The position numbers and the translations under genes were made by a program. Of a stretch of DNA of 64,000 nt, positions 35,471-51,455 are shown one piece after another. Source of the stretch: Balanoglossus misakiensis. Lineage: Eukaryota > Animalia > Hemichordata. How positions within the stretch are numbered: the stretch's first letter is position 1; each line of letters begins with the position of its first letter. The notes beneath the pieces were generated by a model that searched no databases, was not told the origin of the DNA, and was given only the letters and a program-made list of their open reading frames with translations. The DNA is taken from NCBI GenBank assembly GCA_040954595.2, contig CM082586.2, positions 5,008,509 through 5,072,508 of the forward strand. Reading direction: 5' to 3'.

Positions 35471-38400
35471 ATGGCGTTCTTACAGGTGAGATTTCATGTT
35501 ATTAGTTGATCATTTGCCAATTATTGGGTAGTAGAGGGTGCGATCGTTGATCTATAGACGCTGGGAGCTAGGTATGGTATGAAACTATATTCCGAACAAC
35601 TTATAAAATAAATAACACCGATACCGTGCATGAGATCATACTGATGACGACTGAACGGAGGAGGGGGTCCGCCTCTTTTCTTCCAGTGGCTATCCATAAC
35701 ATGAGACTCAATGTGCTAGAACTCACTTCAAGAACTAACGGCGTCCACTAGATCGGAGAATGTACCATAGTCAGATCCTCAGTGTTTCCCTGCGTTATAT
35801 GTTTGCCGTGATTTGACACATCAACCGTGGTGCCGCGGATGTTCTGTGGTGCCACGCCCCCTCCCTCTCCTTACTATGGACGGTGATGAAAGGGTCAGCC
35901 TTTACCCGGAACATCATTCAAGTGATCGCGCCGTCATAATGGGGTTTTGATCTTGTTTTGACCTTGTTAGTGAGCGACTTCAGATCACAGACCCCCTCCT
36001 GAGCTTTTGAAACTTGAATGTCATGAAAACACTTTGCTGTCAGTTGCCTGAGTACGTTCACTTCTACTAGTCTCTCACCAATTGCATTGTTGTTTCAGTG
36101 GAGACGCTTCAATTTCTTTGACAAGGAATTAGTGAAAGATGAAACCGGTCAAATATTTGAAAAACTGAAGGTGAGTAACCAACACATCACGGGGGCCTAG
36201 CAATCTCTTGAATCAGAAATCTTTTTAGGTCATCAAAGACAGAACAACCTGTATTTGATGTTTGAACAGTAGTTTGAAAAGTATCATACATACAATCTTG
36301 CATCAACCCATATATTTAGATAGTAGAACACGTACATCTTTAAAAGTTATTAAGATTTTTTTCTGTTCAGAGGGTCATGTACAGTATTCAGATACTAGTA
36401 ATTGCATTGTGATTGTATTCCAGGATATCAACATAGCAGTATGTGCAAGTGGGCGTGGTCAGATTATCGTCGGGGACTTCGAGGGCACTATATACTTCCT
36501 GAACAGACATCTAGTTCTGCAGGCGTTCAGCGCCTACGAGATCCGAGTCACTCATCTCTTCCAACTCAAGCAACACAACATCCTGGTGTCTATTGGGGTA
36601 TGTATATTCTTGTCACAGTCCCTCATTTTTTCATAATCTTCTTAACCCTTTCACCCCCAGTACCCTCTTTAAAAGTCCAAACTTACCATAGAAAACAATG
36701 GGTTTGGACTGACCCAATTTTGGCTTAAGAGTGACTTAATGTAACTTTTTTCATTTTCATATCAACAGGAAGATGAACAAGGAATAAACCCACTCATCAA
36801 AGTCTGGAATTTGGACAAGGTGAGTACATACAAACTCAGCTGAGATGAACTTCTGTAGCATTTTCACACTGATGCTGATGAGTCAGACACCCCCTGTCTG
36901 CCATCCCAGCTTCGGAAACCACAAGATAAACACAACTCTCTCTCTTTCCCAACCTCCTGGCAGGTTGACAGGATGGGAAACCCCACCTGCTCCAAGATCA
37001 GTCGGGCCATTCCGAGCAACAACAAACCAGTGCCGGTGTCGGCGCTCTGCGTCAGCGAGACCCTCAACATGATGGTGGTGGGATTCACCGATGGAACTGT
37101 CACTCTTATCAAAGGGGACGTGCTCAGAGACAGGTGAAGTATACACCCCAGTCGTTCAACCAGAATGGCATTAATGCAGGGTGGGGGGTGTCCTCCTTTG
37201 CCAGAACATTTTGTGGGGATTCCACTCTGGCAAGGGGGACAGTAATATCTCCAACATTGGAGTGACATCATTTTAAGAGGCACTGGTCCCCCCCCCCCCC
37301 CTTGGCAAATTGCTAGTCGGTGCCAACATCCTGACAACGTCTTGTGGGTTGCATTTCCAGACACACCAAATCACGCACCATACACCAAGACCGGAGTCAG
37401 ATCACCGGACTGGCCTTCCGACACACCCAGAAGTACACCACGCTATTCATAGTCAGCGAGTCCAATGTGTTGTCTGTCAACCTGACGGCCAAGGATAGAA
37501 AGGTAATCACTGATCCTTTTCAACCGATTACCTGCTTTTTTTTGTTTCAGTGACCTGATCAGACGATGGGTGAAACTTTGCCATGATATATACGACAATG
37601 CGCCACAGAATTGCATATTATGAAATTTATGACCTCAAAGTCCTTTGCATTATTTTTTTTTTCAGTTCATTTCGTTTTCATTTCCAATCTGTTTCCAATG
37701 CAGCTGATTTTCATTCTGTTTCTTTTTTTCTCCCCCAGGAAATCTTAGACAGCCACGGCTGTCCTCTTCGCAGTAGTGTACTGTCAGACAGCACACAAGA
37801 TTTTCAGTATGTTGTTGCTAGGAATGAAGTAAGTTGCTGTGCATACTTCTGTGACATTTCATCCCTGCATCAAAGTGGACAGGTCCAACTTCATCATCTA
37901 ATCCAAGGGCATTGGACCAGACTATCATGGCAGAGTGGGTTAATGTGTCCCTCAATCTCTTTGCAGGCGGTGTATTTCTACCAGCAAGATGGTCGAGGTC
38001 CGTGTTTGGCGTTTGAAGGAGAGAAGCTGCTGGTTCAATGGTATCGTGGATATCTGGTGATCGTCAGTCGAGAAACTGCGAAACCGATTTCCAGGAATGC
38101 GGCTGGGTGAGTCTGGCTTCTATATTCCCTCTGTTTGGCATTGTATTTTCACTGGAATAATATTTTGTACCCAATTGGCAAAGAAATAGACCTGAGAAAT
38201 GCATGACAATGACAAACCCCACCATTTGTATAATATTGGTGTGTGATACATGTACTTGAAATATAGTCTTCATTGTATGTGAAAATTCACACTTCTATAA
38301 TTGATTTTAGGCCCGCAGCTCGAACCATGAATGTAGTCACCGTATACGACATACAGAATAAGTTCATAGGTGAGTGAAGTCTTCATTTTCCTATTCATGT

Positions 38401-41400
38401 TACCCTCATCAAAATAAATGCAAATTGTGTCAGCTAATTAATTGTGAGTTGTTTTCACTTTTCCCCCCAGCTTACTCGTCTCCCATAGCTGATGTGGTTG
38501 ATGTGCTGTGTGAATGGGGATCACTCTATGTTCTGACAGGGGACCACAAGGTGAGATTGGACAGTCCATTCAAAAGAACCTCTCCCCAAACAGTGAAAAA
38601 AAATAAAGTTTGTACATTATCTTGCATAGTTTTCGTAGAAATTACAATGATGTCAAATTCAGTAATGTATGAAATTATATGTAATGATAAAATTTTGTTG
38701 TTTTTGGCAGTTATTCCACTTACAAGAGAAAGACACCCAGACGAAGTTAGAAATGTTGTTCAAGAAGAATTTGTATGTAATGGCGATCAGGTACAGTAAT
38801 TGATTGCTGATGGGTTTTTTGAAGAAAATAAAGAATGCAACCTTTTGTACATAGCTGTGGCTACATTGTCAGAATACTGTCTTGATATATTTAGGGGAGT
38901 TGTTGGAAATGTTTCTGCCTGAGTTGCATAAGTACTTTGCAACGCACAGTAAACACTAGATATCTAGTAATATGTGTTCTTTCTTGTTCAGCCTTGCTAA
39001 GAGTCAGCAGTACGACTATGATGGACTGATCGAAATATTTACACAATACGGTGACCATTTGTACAGCAAAGGTGACCACGACGGTGCAATAACTCAGTAC
39101 ATACGTACGATTGGAAGGTTAGAACCTTCCTACGTCATTAGAAAGGTGAGTGATTCGTATTTTCAGTTCAGACTGTCGCCAGTGTCAGTTGTCCACTTAT
39201 GGTGTCATAACACACAGACTGTCGATGCTGCAATGGTAAAATGCTAATGACTGATGAAATTTGACAAATTACTACACAATCACTCATAGTCACTGAAAAT
39301 TTCATGAATTTTTGAAATAGTTTGAACAGTGCAAAACAGTGGACTTTGGTGCTGCAGGTCAAAACCACCTCATTGAAATAGAGCAGTTTTTAGAAAAATA
39401 ATAATTAGTTTCCCCTCCCCCTTCTTTTACACCAGTTCTTAGATGCACAGAGAATACACAACCTGACCGCCTATCTCCAAGAACTTCACAAACAATCGCT
39501 AGCAAACGAAGACCACACCACGCTGCTGTTGAATTGCTACACCAAACTCAAAGATAACTCCAAGTTAGATGAATTCATCATGGTAAGGGAAATGATCCAG
39601 TATATTTCAAAGGTCTGTTGTCAACATCTTTAGTGTAAAATGAGATACATGTATATTTTTACCAGCTGACGAGAAATTTCTCCCTTTTTTTCAGACAAAA
39701 GACAAAGTTGATTTTGATGTGGAAACTGCAATTAAGGCGAGTCTGCATTATTTGATCGTTGATATTTTTAAGCACACACAAAAAACTGCTCTTTTCTGTA
39801 TGTCAAACTTATGCAACAATCTTGGATGTCTCTGAATTTGTAGTGTAATTTCTTTGTTCTTTTCAGGTATGTAGGCAGGCAGGTTACTACAAACACGCGC
39901 TGTTCCTATCCGAAAAACACAACCAACATGACTGGTATCTCAAAATTCAACTGGAAGACATCAAAGACTACCACAAAGCATTGACGTACATCGGAAAATT
40001 AGAATTTGATGAGGTGAGTTACAATCACACACTTTCCCCCGTCGTGTCTCTGTTAAGATCAGTGAGGGGGTTTGCTATGAATTTCTATTATGCAAATAGT
40101 TATAGATACGGTAATGAGACTAATATGCAAACATGTATAATTAGAAGAGCTGACAGCTGTTTGATTTCAGAAATAATTAAATGAAATGTAACAAAGTACT
40201 AGAATGTGAACTCTGGATAAAGGTTACTCCTCAAGAGATTCATTAGCATAAAAACACCTCGCACACCTGGCTGTATTCGATCTACATTTCTGTCTCAGGC
40301 AGAGAGTAACTTGAAGAAGTATGGGAAGACACTGATGAACGAGGTCCCGAAAGAAACTACAGATTTACTGAAGCTGCTTTGCACTGACTACAAACCCAGT
40401 AACGGTAAGTACTGATATGAAACTGTTCCAAGTGTACTCTGTTCAATTTAAAAATTGTACAGTGTCTTTAAACTCTCTTAAGATGGGTCCCTAGGATCTT
40501 TTTGCTCGTTGCTATGGGCCTTTATAGGACACTACACTCAATTTTGATCGAAACCGTTATGAACGTCCGACAAGGGGCTTGTAACTAGTTAAAAATACAC
40601 ACGATTGTGTGCACACCCCCTGTCTGAGTATGTTTACGGCAGCTACCGCCCGGCCATAGGCCGCCACGCTAATACGGCAAAGCAGCGGTCAGCGATAGCG
40701 TGCGCGTCCTGTAACCACAGTAACTGGATCGAACGCTAAAAATCCAATGTTTTGTACACAGAGATTTTGTACCGTTCACGAAAATCCCTAAGGCTTTTTT
40801 CACAGGCGACGTAGGCCAGCCAAATTTGACCTGCTTGTTGAGAACGCACTTCCGCATAGTGTGACGGATCGTTTTTTCGGTTTTCGTCGTGCTAAGAAGC
40901 GATACCAGTGGAAGAGTGCGTCCAAAAACACCCAAAATCGATGACTTTTTCAGGTGTGGTACGGGTATGCTGAAATCGTAGGATACAACGATAATATTCG
41001 AAAACAAAATCCGCCACGATCTTCCCTGGTTCAAGCAACTAATGAATACGTATCAAGTTCGTTTTTGAGGTCACGGAATAAAAAGCCTTAGGCTTTTGAA
41101 ATTTGACCTAACTAATTTGCATATCAATGGCGTCAGGGGGCGCGCGCTCACAATCGTGCGTATTTTTAACTAGTTACCAGCCCCTTGTTAGACTCTGAAA
41201 ACGGCTTAGTCCAAATCGGGGTGTAATGTCCTATAAAGGCCCATAGCAACGGGCAAAAAGATCCTAGGGACCCATCTTAACTGCATCTTAACTTCTCCTG
41301 TTTCAGAACCATTGGTAGACCAAGATGCCATGTATGGATCCGTTCCAACAAGGACATCCCGAGCAAATGCTGAAGAGTTCATTCATATTTTTGTCAACAA

Positions 41401-44400
41401 TTCCAGTCGGCTGACAGAATTCTTAGAGCTCATGATAAAGGTATGTTAACATAGGACAAGGAGTCTACCTGAGGTCATATATGTGTGCGTAAGTTTAATC
41501 CTTCATCCAGTATTTCTAAAGTGAGATGTGTACATATGTGTCTCGAACCCCGCTGTGGAATGGAAGTCACACTAACATAACTTTTCTATTGCAGGTTCAA
41601 CCATCCTGTTCCCCTCTCATCTACAACACGCTGCTAGAGTTATATTTACAAAACTTACTACACGAGCGGGACAGTGAGAAGAAACTAACCATGGAGAGGA
41701 GAACCTTAGATTTGCTGCAGAACACCGAGGTGAGTTGGGAAAAATTAAAAATTCAAGATTGAATCGGAAAGGATGAGTTGAAGGATTTCGGTGGAGGCAG
41801 TCAAAGATGTTGTGAAATTAATATAGTTTTCTTCAATGTGCTTTTTTTCAGGCTCAGTATGATATTGATCAAGCCCTGGTGCTGTGTCAGATGCACAACT
41901 TCAAAGCTGGGAATCTCTACCTCTACGAGAAGGCAAAGTTGTTAGTACAGTCTTATGGTTTATTGTGGCATTTGACAGGTTTTATGTGCTCCTAGAAAAT
42001 CCTAAAAGCACTCAATGAAACTCCTGGAAAAAATGGATGTATTTATGGGGAAAATGATTTAACCGCAGAGGTTATCATAGTATGCATTGCCCTCTTACAC
42101 ATTTTGCATTCTGCAAGATTCTCAACAAAGGTACTGTTTCTGTCTCTGAAATCTGTAGAACAGTCTATTGATCAGACTTGATACTTATAGACTCATTACA
42201 GAAATTGTTCTGGTGTGAGGTTTCCGACACATTCTTTGTATTCACAAACAGATACCAGCAAATCATTCGCTATCACATGGAGAACGACGACCCTGAAGAA
42301 TATGTCAACATCATTGATGCGTGCAAAAGATTTGGGTGAGTTCGGATCTCTGTCATAGTTTGCATTCTGTAAAATAATGGATCAGTCTACTTTCAATAGT
42401 TTGCTATGGATTCTCAGAAAAACAAAAGGATACAATTTCAAGATAGCATTCAAAATGATGTTGAGAGCATGTAAGGGAAACTGACAGGATTAATCCAAAA
42501 TAATTTTCCTTTTTCTGGATTTACAGTCAACAGGATCCCAGTCTGTGGGTCCAGGCACTGTCGTACTTTGCCGGCAAGGAAGAAAATTGCAAGCCGCAGA
42601 TCATGGAAGTTCTGTCGCACATCGACAAGAAGAATCTCTTGCCTCCATTGCTGGTCATACAGACGCTGGCTCACAACTCCACAGCCACCCTCTCCGTTGT
42701 CAAGGTTACTATAAAAGCATTCTTAGATAGTGCAACTTCAAAGAAAATTCAATAAAACCATTCAAAGAAAATACTTGAGGCATTACTTTTTAAAAAATCG
42801 TCAAAAGTCGATAACAGGGTATGTGTGACTGTTGCTATCCGTATTGACTTTTCTCGTTTTGATCTCAGGACTACATCATCAGACGTTTGCAGCAGGAGAA
42901 CGATCAAATCAATGAAGACGACAGACTGATTAAACAGTACAAAGAGGAGACGGAAAAAATGAGAAACCAGATCGAGGAACTCAAATCAAGGTACATTTGG
43001 TAGAAAGGGAACAGGTTTTGTGTTGGATTTGTGTTGACTGTAATTTGAGAAGTTCCTTGGCTCCCACTGTCAGTAAGATGCAATATAAAGTCATGTCCAT
43101 GCCTTCTCAACATCATATCTTGTCATTTCTCTTTTCTTCTTTTCACAGCGCGAAGATATTCCAAGTTTCGAAGTGCAGTGTCTGCAATCACCCACTAGAA
43201 CTGCCGTCGGTCCATTTCCTGTGTCAGCACTCCTATCACCAACAGTGAGTAGTTCATTTGATGTATTTTGGTTTCTACGTGTAGCTTGGACTGAAAGGGT
43301 TTACTCTGCAGGTGGAGGGCAGAGGCTTAACATTGAGTGTAGATGAATGTCAGAGCACCCTCCTTCCTGGACTGCAGATTTACTTGTGCCGTTGTCAAGC
43401 GTAATCCGGAATTCAGAGTGACTGTGTTGTGTTTCCTCCCCAGTTGTTTTGAAGGGTACGCGGAGAACGAGTCGGAATGCCCGGCGTGTATGCCGGAAAA
43501 CCGGAAAGTGCTGGACATCATCCGTGCTCAGGAACACAGCAAGGATCTGCATGAACAGTTCCATCACCAGGTAAGGTCGAATGCAATGGTGTGTGTTGTC
43601 TGTCTGTGTCTCTGTGTTTGCGCACACGATGAGAGGCAGTTTCGGGAGAGATGTAAAGTCAACTTCATCTTGTTCACTGACTACTCCCCATTGCTTATCC
43701 ATTTTGTAAATTTACAAATCTTAGACTAATATCACTTTGAAAATACAATTTCTTATTTTTATGTTGCAGCTTGAAAGAGCCACCGATGGATTTTCAGTGG
43801 TAGCGGATTACTTTGGTAGGGGTGTGTTTAACAAGGTGAGGAACTTCTGGGAACTTGTTTAATACACAAGTTTTGTGAGTTACAGGAAGTGTTACATATG
43901 ATACTTCATGGATGCATCTGTTAAATATACATAGGTTGTTACTCAAGCTCCTGATAATCGTTTTTGTGCCCCAGAAAAAAAACGTTTTCTCATTTTTTGG
44001 TTCACGTGTTGTTTTTTGTCCAGGTAACTCTGCTGACAGACCCGATGCCTGTAAAAGTGAAACCCTCACCTGTTAGGATTCCGGTAGACACGAGTGTACA
44101 GAGAGACATGCTTATAGGGCAGAAACCCACAACTGAGCAGACGACTTGGAGGTCAGCTACGGTGGAGACCAGTAGGACGCCCGCACAGCCAGTGCCCACC
44201 AGACAGCCGCCGCCGCAAAGTCATTACCAACCAAGTTCAAGTTCGAGTCCAAGTCGGCAGCCTGTATCCAGTTACAGCAGACAGGCGGCGTCGTCAGAGC
44301 CTAGCCAGCATCCGGCGCAGACCCATGCCCGACAGCCGATGCCGGATAAAAAGAGGCAGCCCGCACCGAGTCAGAGCAAGCCGCCAGTTTCTGTTCCGGC

Positions 44401-44752
44401 TGTGGCTCGCGCTCCTGCGCCTGCAGCAAGCCAGAGCAGACCACCAGTGCAGAACCCGAGCAGACCACCAGTGCAGAACCCGAGCAGACCACCAGTGCAG
44501 AACCCGAGTCGAAACCCAGCGTCCAGTGCCACGTACGATAAACCCAAGTCGGCCGGCGGCCATCTTGCCAGCAGCGCACCATCCAAGGACACTGATCACC
44601 TGAATCCCTTCATGGCCGACGAGCCCAAAAACCCCTTTGAGGAGGGCCCGAACCCGTTTGAGAGCGAGACCAACCCCTTTGAGACAGCCGGCGCGAACCC
44701 GTTTGAAGAGGAGGAAGAAGTCTTGGATCCCAGCAATCCGTTTAAGGATTGA
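35471..44752 (+). CDS. VPS11: Vacuolar protein sorting 11 (HOPS/CORVET core subunit), ~26 coding exons
   Basis: MAFLQ|[131 protein letters not shown]; last exon 44023-44752. Confidence 0.97.
39737..39866 (+). other. GC-AG intron in VPS11
   Basis: ..GCA ATT AAG|gcgagt ... tttcag|GTA TGT AGG restores the conserved ETAIKVCRQAG. Confidence 0.85.
40482..41276. mobile_element. MITE with ~145-bp imperfect TIRs and TTAA TSD (Kolobok-like termini)
   Basis: ttaa|gatgggtccctaggatctttttgc...gcaaaaagatcctagggacccatc|ttaa, in a VPS11 intron. Confidence 0.9.
44441..44512 (+). repeat. Coding 24-bp tandem repeat (PPVQNPSR x3)
   Basis: ccaccagtgcagaacccgagcaga repeated three times. Confidence 0.95.
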
Positions 44753-46475
44753 AACACATCTCAACACCTTCCTCTGTATATGTGCATCTTTGACCTATGG
44801 CCCAGTGTGACCCCAAGGGTCATGACCTCTGACCCCAAACTGGAACTTTACGGCTGGTTTTGCCCAAGTGAAAGTGTTACTTTTAGAATTCAATTTTTTT
44901 TTAAAATATGTATAAATCATAAAGTACAAATGTACTTTTCTTGTCTTTTCAGGCTTACATGCAATTTGCAAGATATAAAATTATTTTTTTTTATTTCATT
45001 TTGCAAATAAAGATCAAAAGGTACCAGTTGAAATAACTCTTAAATATGCCTATGCCTCATCAGCTTGGAACAAATCTTGTGTCTTTTGAAAATGATTGAT
45101 GACCTTGTATAGTTGCGGAGTTAAGTATATAATCAAGAATAAATGTTTGATGTACTGCCTGCAGCAGGACTCAACCGTGAAAGAAAAGTCTTTAAGTTAT
45201 TTATATCTGCCTACTTAAGCAAACTAACATGGACGTATTTCTAAGTTTTGTGATTGGTTTTTGTTTCCAGCATAGCGCAGTTCAAAGTATGTCAGCATTT
45301 TAACTATTGTCAATGATGAGATAACAATATGTAGTAGTAGGCTTCAAACACTTACTGTGTCAGTGTACTACGATTTAGTTCTACAGTATGTGTCACGACT
45401 AGACAATTGTGAAAATAAAATAAAAATGTGCATTCATGAAAATAGTTTGCATTCGTTTTTTTAAAGTTTTGCAAATGTGCCAAAACTATTCCATATGAGT
45501 TTAAAGGGAAGCGGTCGTCGCGCTGCGTTTGTTTGTTTATAAACATTACAATTCATCCACAAATCCTTGAGGTTAGATAATTCTTAGAATGAACGAAGCA
45601 GCCAACCGTAGCGTAGACTGGGCATGACAGCAACTGAAGATCCTGGTTGGTCGTGGCGACTGCAGTGGGGTTTGCGCTGGTATGGGAGGACAAGGGGGAC
45701 ACCCACGCGGCGCGACGACCCCTTCCCTTTAAGCACAAAGATTTTAAAGGATTGTCTTGTCTTGTGTGTGTGTGAAAATCGCGCGAGAACTGATACTAAG
45801 TGAAGTCAACTTCGTCTGGAAACAAAATTTTAAATTATATATATTTTTATTTCTTTTAATATCTTATGACTGCATGGAATGCACATGGGTATAAAACTGT
45901 GACATTTGTCAAGTGACTATATGTCGGTATAAATATTGAGGGTTTTCAGAAAAATACATCGAGTTGATTTAAGCACACCTGTAAGTGATGGAATGTTTGT
46001 ATAGTGGGTTGTGTGACAAAACGTATTTGACAAGACTACATGCTTAAGTTCTGGCCAGCAAGTTAAAGCTAACTATACTAGTGTAGTTATAGCAAAGCTC
46101 CTGCCTTCCGTGGAAAAATATGAAGATTTCCGTCCTAATAACCCTTAATCAAATAGTCCGTGATGCCAAGCGACGCGGAGGAAATTATCTGCAGGGGGGA
46201 TGCTAAATAATGACCAGAGCCCAGTTACTTGAGTATTTCAGAAGTCCCTACGAGAGCTTACATCCTGGCACTTAAAAATCCCCCAAGTTCGGGCGAAAAC
46301 TCTGAATTCCGCACTGAACTGATACTGCATCTTATTTCCTAGGGAAAGCTGCATGTTTCCTCACAGTAAAATGTTGAATTGTGCAAACCTATTACCAAAT
46401 ACGTCTAGATGTAAGGTTGCGTTGGGTTCATCAGAAAAATACGACTTTTCGATACATGTACTCGGTTTTGATTAA

Positions 46476-47271
46476 GGCTGCATTCACAAACACCTCTGGA
46501 GGGGGGGGGGGCGGGAGAATTCAATTTTTTTTACCGCTAATTTTCACATGCCCCCCTTCCGAACTGCCAATATTTTCAAATCCCCCCCTTCCTAACTGCC
46601 AAAATTTTGAAATCCCCCCCCCCATTTTCTTTCACAGAGCAAAACACATCACCTAAAAAGAAAAACAGCGCTCCCATGAAAAGAATTTGAAACTGATGTT
46701 TCCCCTCACCAGTGGGTATTAAAACTGAACATTGTTTTTATTTTTTAAGTACATATATTTGTATTCTGTGTTGGGAGACATTGTAAACCGAGAATTGAAG
46801 GGGGTGGGTTTGGGAGGGGGTGTCCCCCTCCCACGTAAGAAAATTTTCTAAAATACAGAGCTCAAAGCTGCATTTTAATGAACCCGGCAAAAGCAAATTA
46901 ACTCAACTACCGGTATGTTGGGGAGGACAAATTTAACCGTCGCCGCTCAAAGTTATCATGGGGTGGGGCAAGTCCCCTGACCTGGGACACTAGATAAACC
47001 AGTCAATGAATGAAAGGTGTTGATGAATGGAGGGGGTGGGTGTGGGAGGGGGTGTCCCCCTCCCACATTAGAAAATTTTGTAAAATAAAGGGCGCGAAAC
47101 TGCATTTTTGTGGACTCAAAATAAATATTTAGTCGTTAAAGTTTTCAAGTCCCCCCCTTTCAGTCCCTAAATTATTTCAAATCCCCCCCCTTACATACCC
47201 TCAATTTTTTCAAATCCCCCCCCCCCTCAATTCTCCTGCCCCCCCCTCCAGAGGTGTTTGTGAATGCAGCC
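46476..47271. mobile_element. PIF/Harbinger-type MITE
   Basis: taa|ggctgcattcacaaacacctctggaggggggg...ccccccctccagaggtgtttgtgaatgcagcc|taa; 3-bp TAA TSD; internal ~75-bp direct repeat (~46801, ~47033). Confidence 0.88.
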
Positions 47272-48445
47272 TAAGGGATCATCACATTTAGACTTTTTTC
47301 AGATAACTACCGATATCATGGAGGAATGAATAAAAATTGCAGTTGATTCAATCTTTGGTATTCTCAATAAACCACGAATTTCTTGAATTACTGACGATAA
47401 ATAAACCTGAAATTGTTAAATGGTCGAATATTTGATAAACAGAGTTACTTATTTATATTTCATAAATATATACAAAAAGTGACACATTCTTATAAGTTAA
47501 ATAAATCCAAAATAGAGATAGAATTTCTGTGAAACTACCTCAAATCGATAAATATTATCGGCAGTTGTCGTCTTGATATTGCTAAATATTGCTAAAGTTT
47601 CATTTTGTAAAACATCGGACGGGCCGTTTGAATCATGCAGCGTCGTTCATGACGTCACTGTGAAGGAGCCGCATCTTGGTACAGACGGTGCGCGTGCGCA
47701 TTGTGCGACTTTCTCTTCCACTCTGTAACCATGGAGACATTTACCTGCAAACACGATTCAAACGGCCGCCCGACGAATAAAAATAGCCCCCCAGACCTCG
47801 CCCATATTGCGCATGTACAAATGTTACGTTCCTTGTCGTAATCACCGGCAGAGTCCAGTGTTATTCAGGTTAGTGTGTTATTTATGCCGGGTTTACCTAA
47901 GTATGTGCTCTATCATATATGCATATAACTTCTTACATATTTTAAATATATACACAAAATAAATAAATAAATCAAAATACAAATTTCTCTCACTTCATTA
48001 CCACCTTACCGTAGGGCCCGAATCTAAAATTGCCGGCCTTACATGAAGCCATGGGACTAATATTGACGTCACCTAAATTTGCATGGATATAGATTGATTT
48101 GTCATTTAAATTAATGTGTTATCATTGTCATTCGTGGGGAAGGGTCAAATTTGATATACATGTATTCACATATTATTCTTGATTAAGTTGACGGGCATGG
48201 TGGGAGAGTAGGTCGAAACGTATAGACTGCAAAAACTATTTTGCACTTCCATTGTTTCGCCATTTGTAAAAAATGCACGTTTTTAAATGTTACCTTTAAA
48301 ATTTGTGTCGTGTGCTGGTGTTTTGTATGTCCTACCACATTTCAGACCAACTTAAATGTAATATTTGAAATTTAAGATACACATAGTGACATGAATTACT
48401 TGAATGTCAAGGTCGCCCTTGGAAAAAAATACTGAGCTGCCTGGA

Positions 48446-51455
<3,010 letters not shown>

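Larger units (their letters stand above)
30197..36725. mobile_element. Four dispersed copies of a ~90-bp TTAA-type (piggyBac-like) MITE
   Basis: Copies at ~30197-30286, 30855-30950, 33375-33463 and 36642-36725 (inverted) share (ttaa)ccctttcacc...ggggtgaaagggttaa ends and a ggtttgg/ccaaa..attg..tatgg core; all intronic. Confidence 0.65.
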
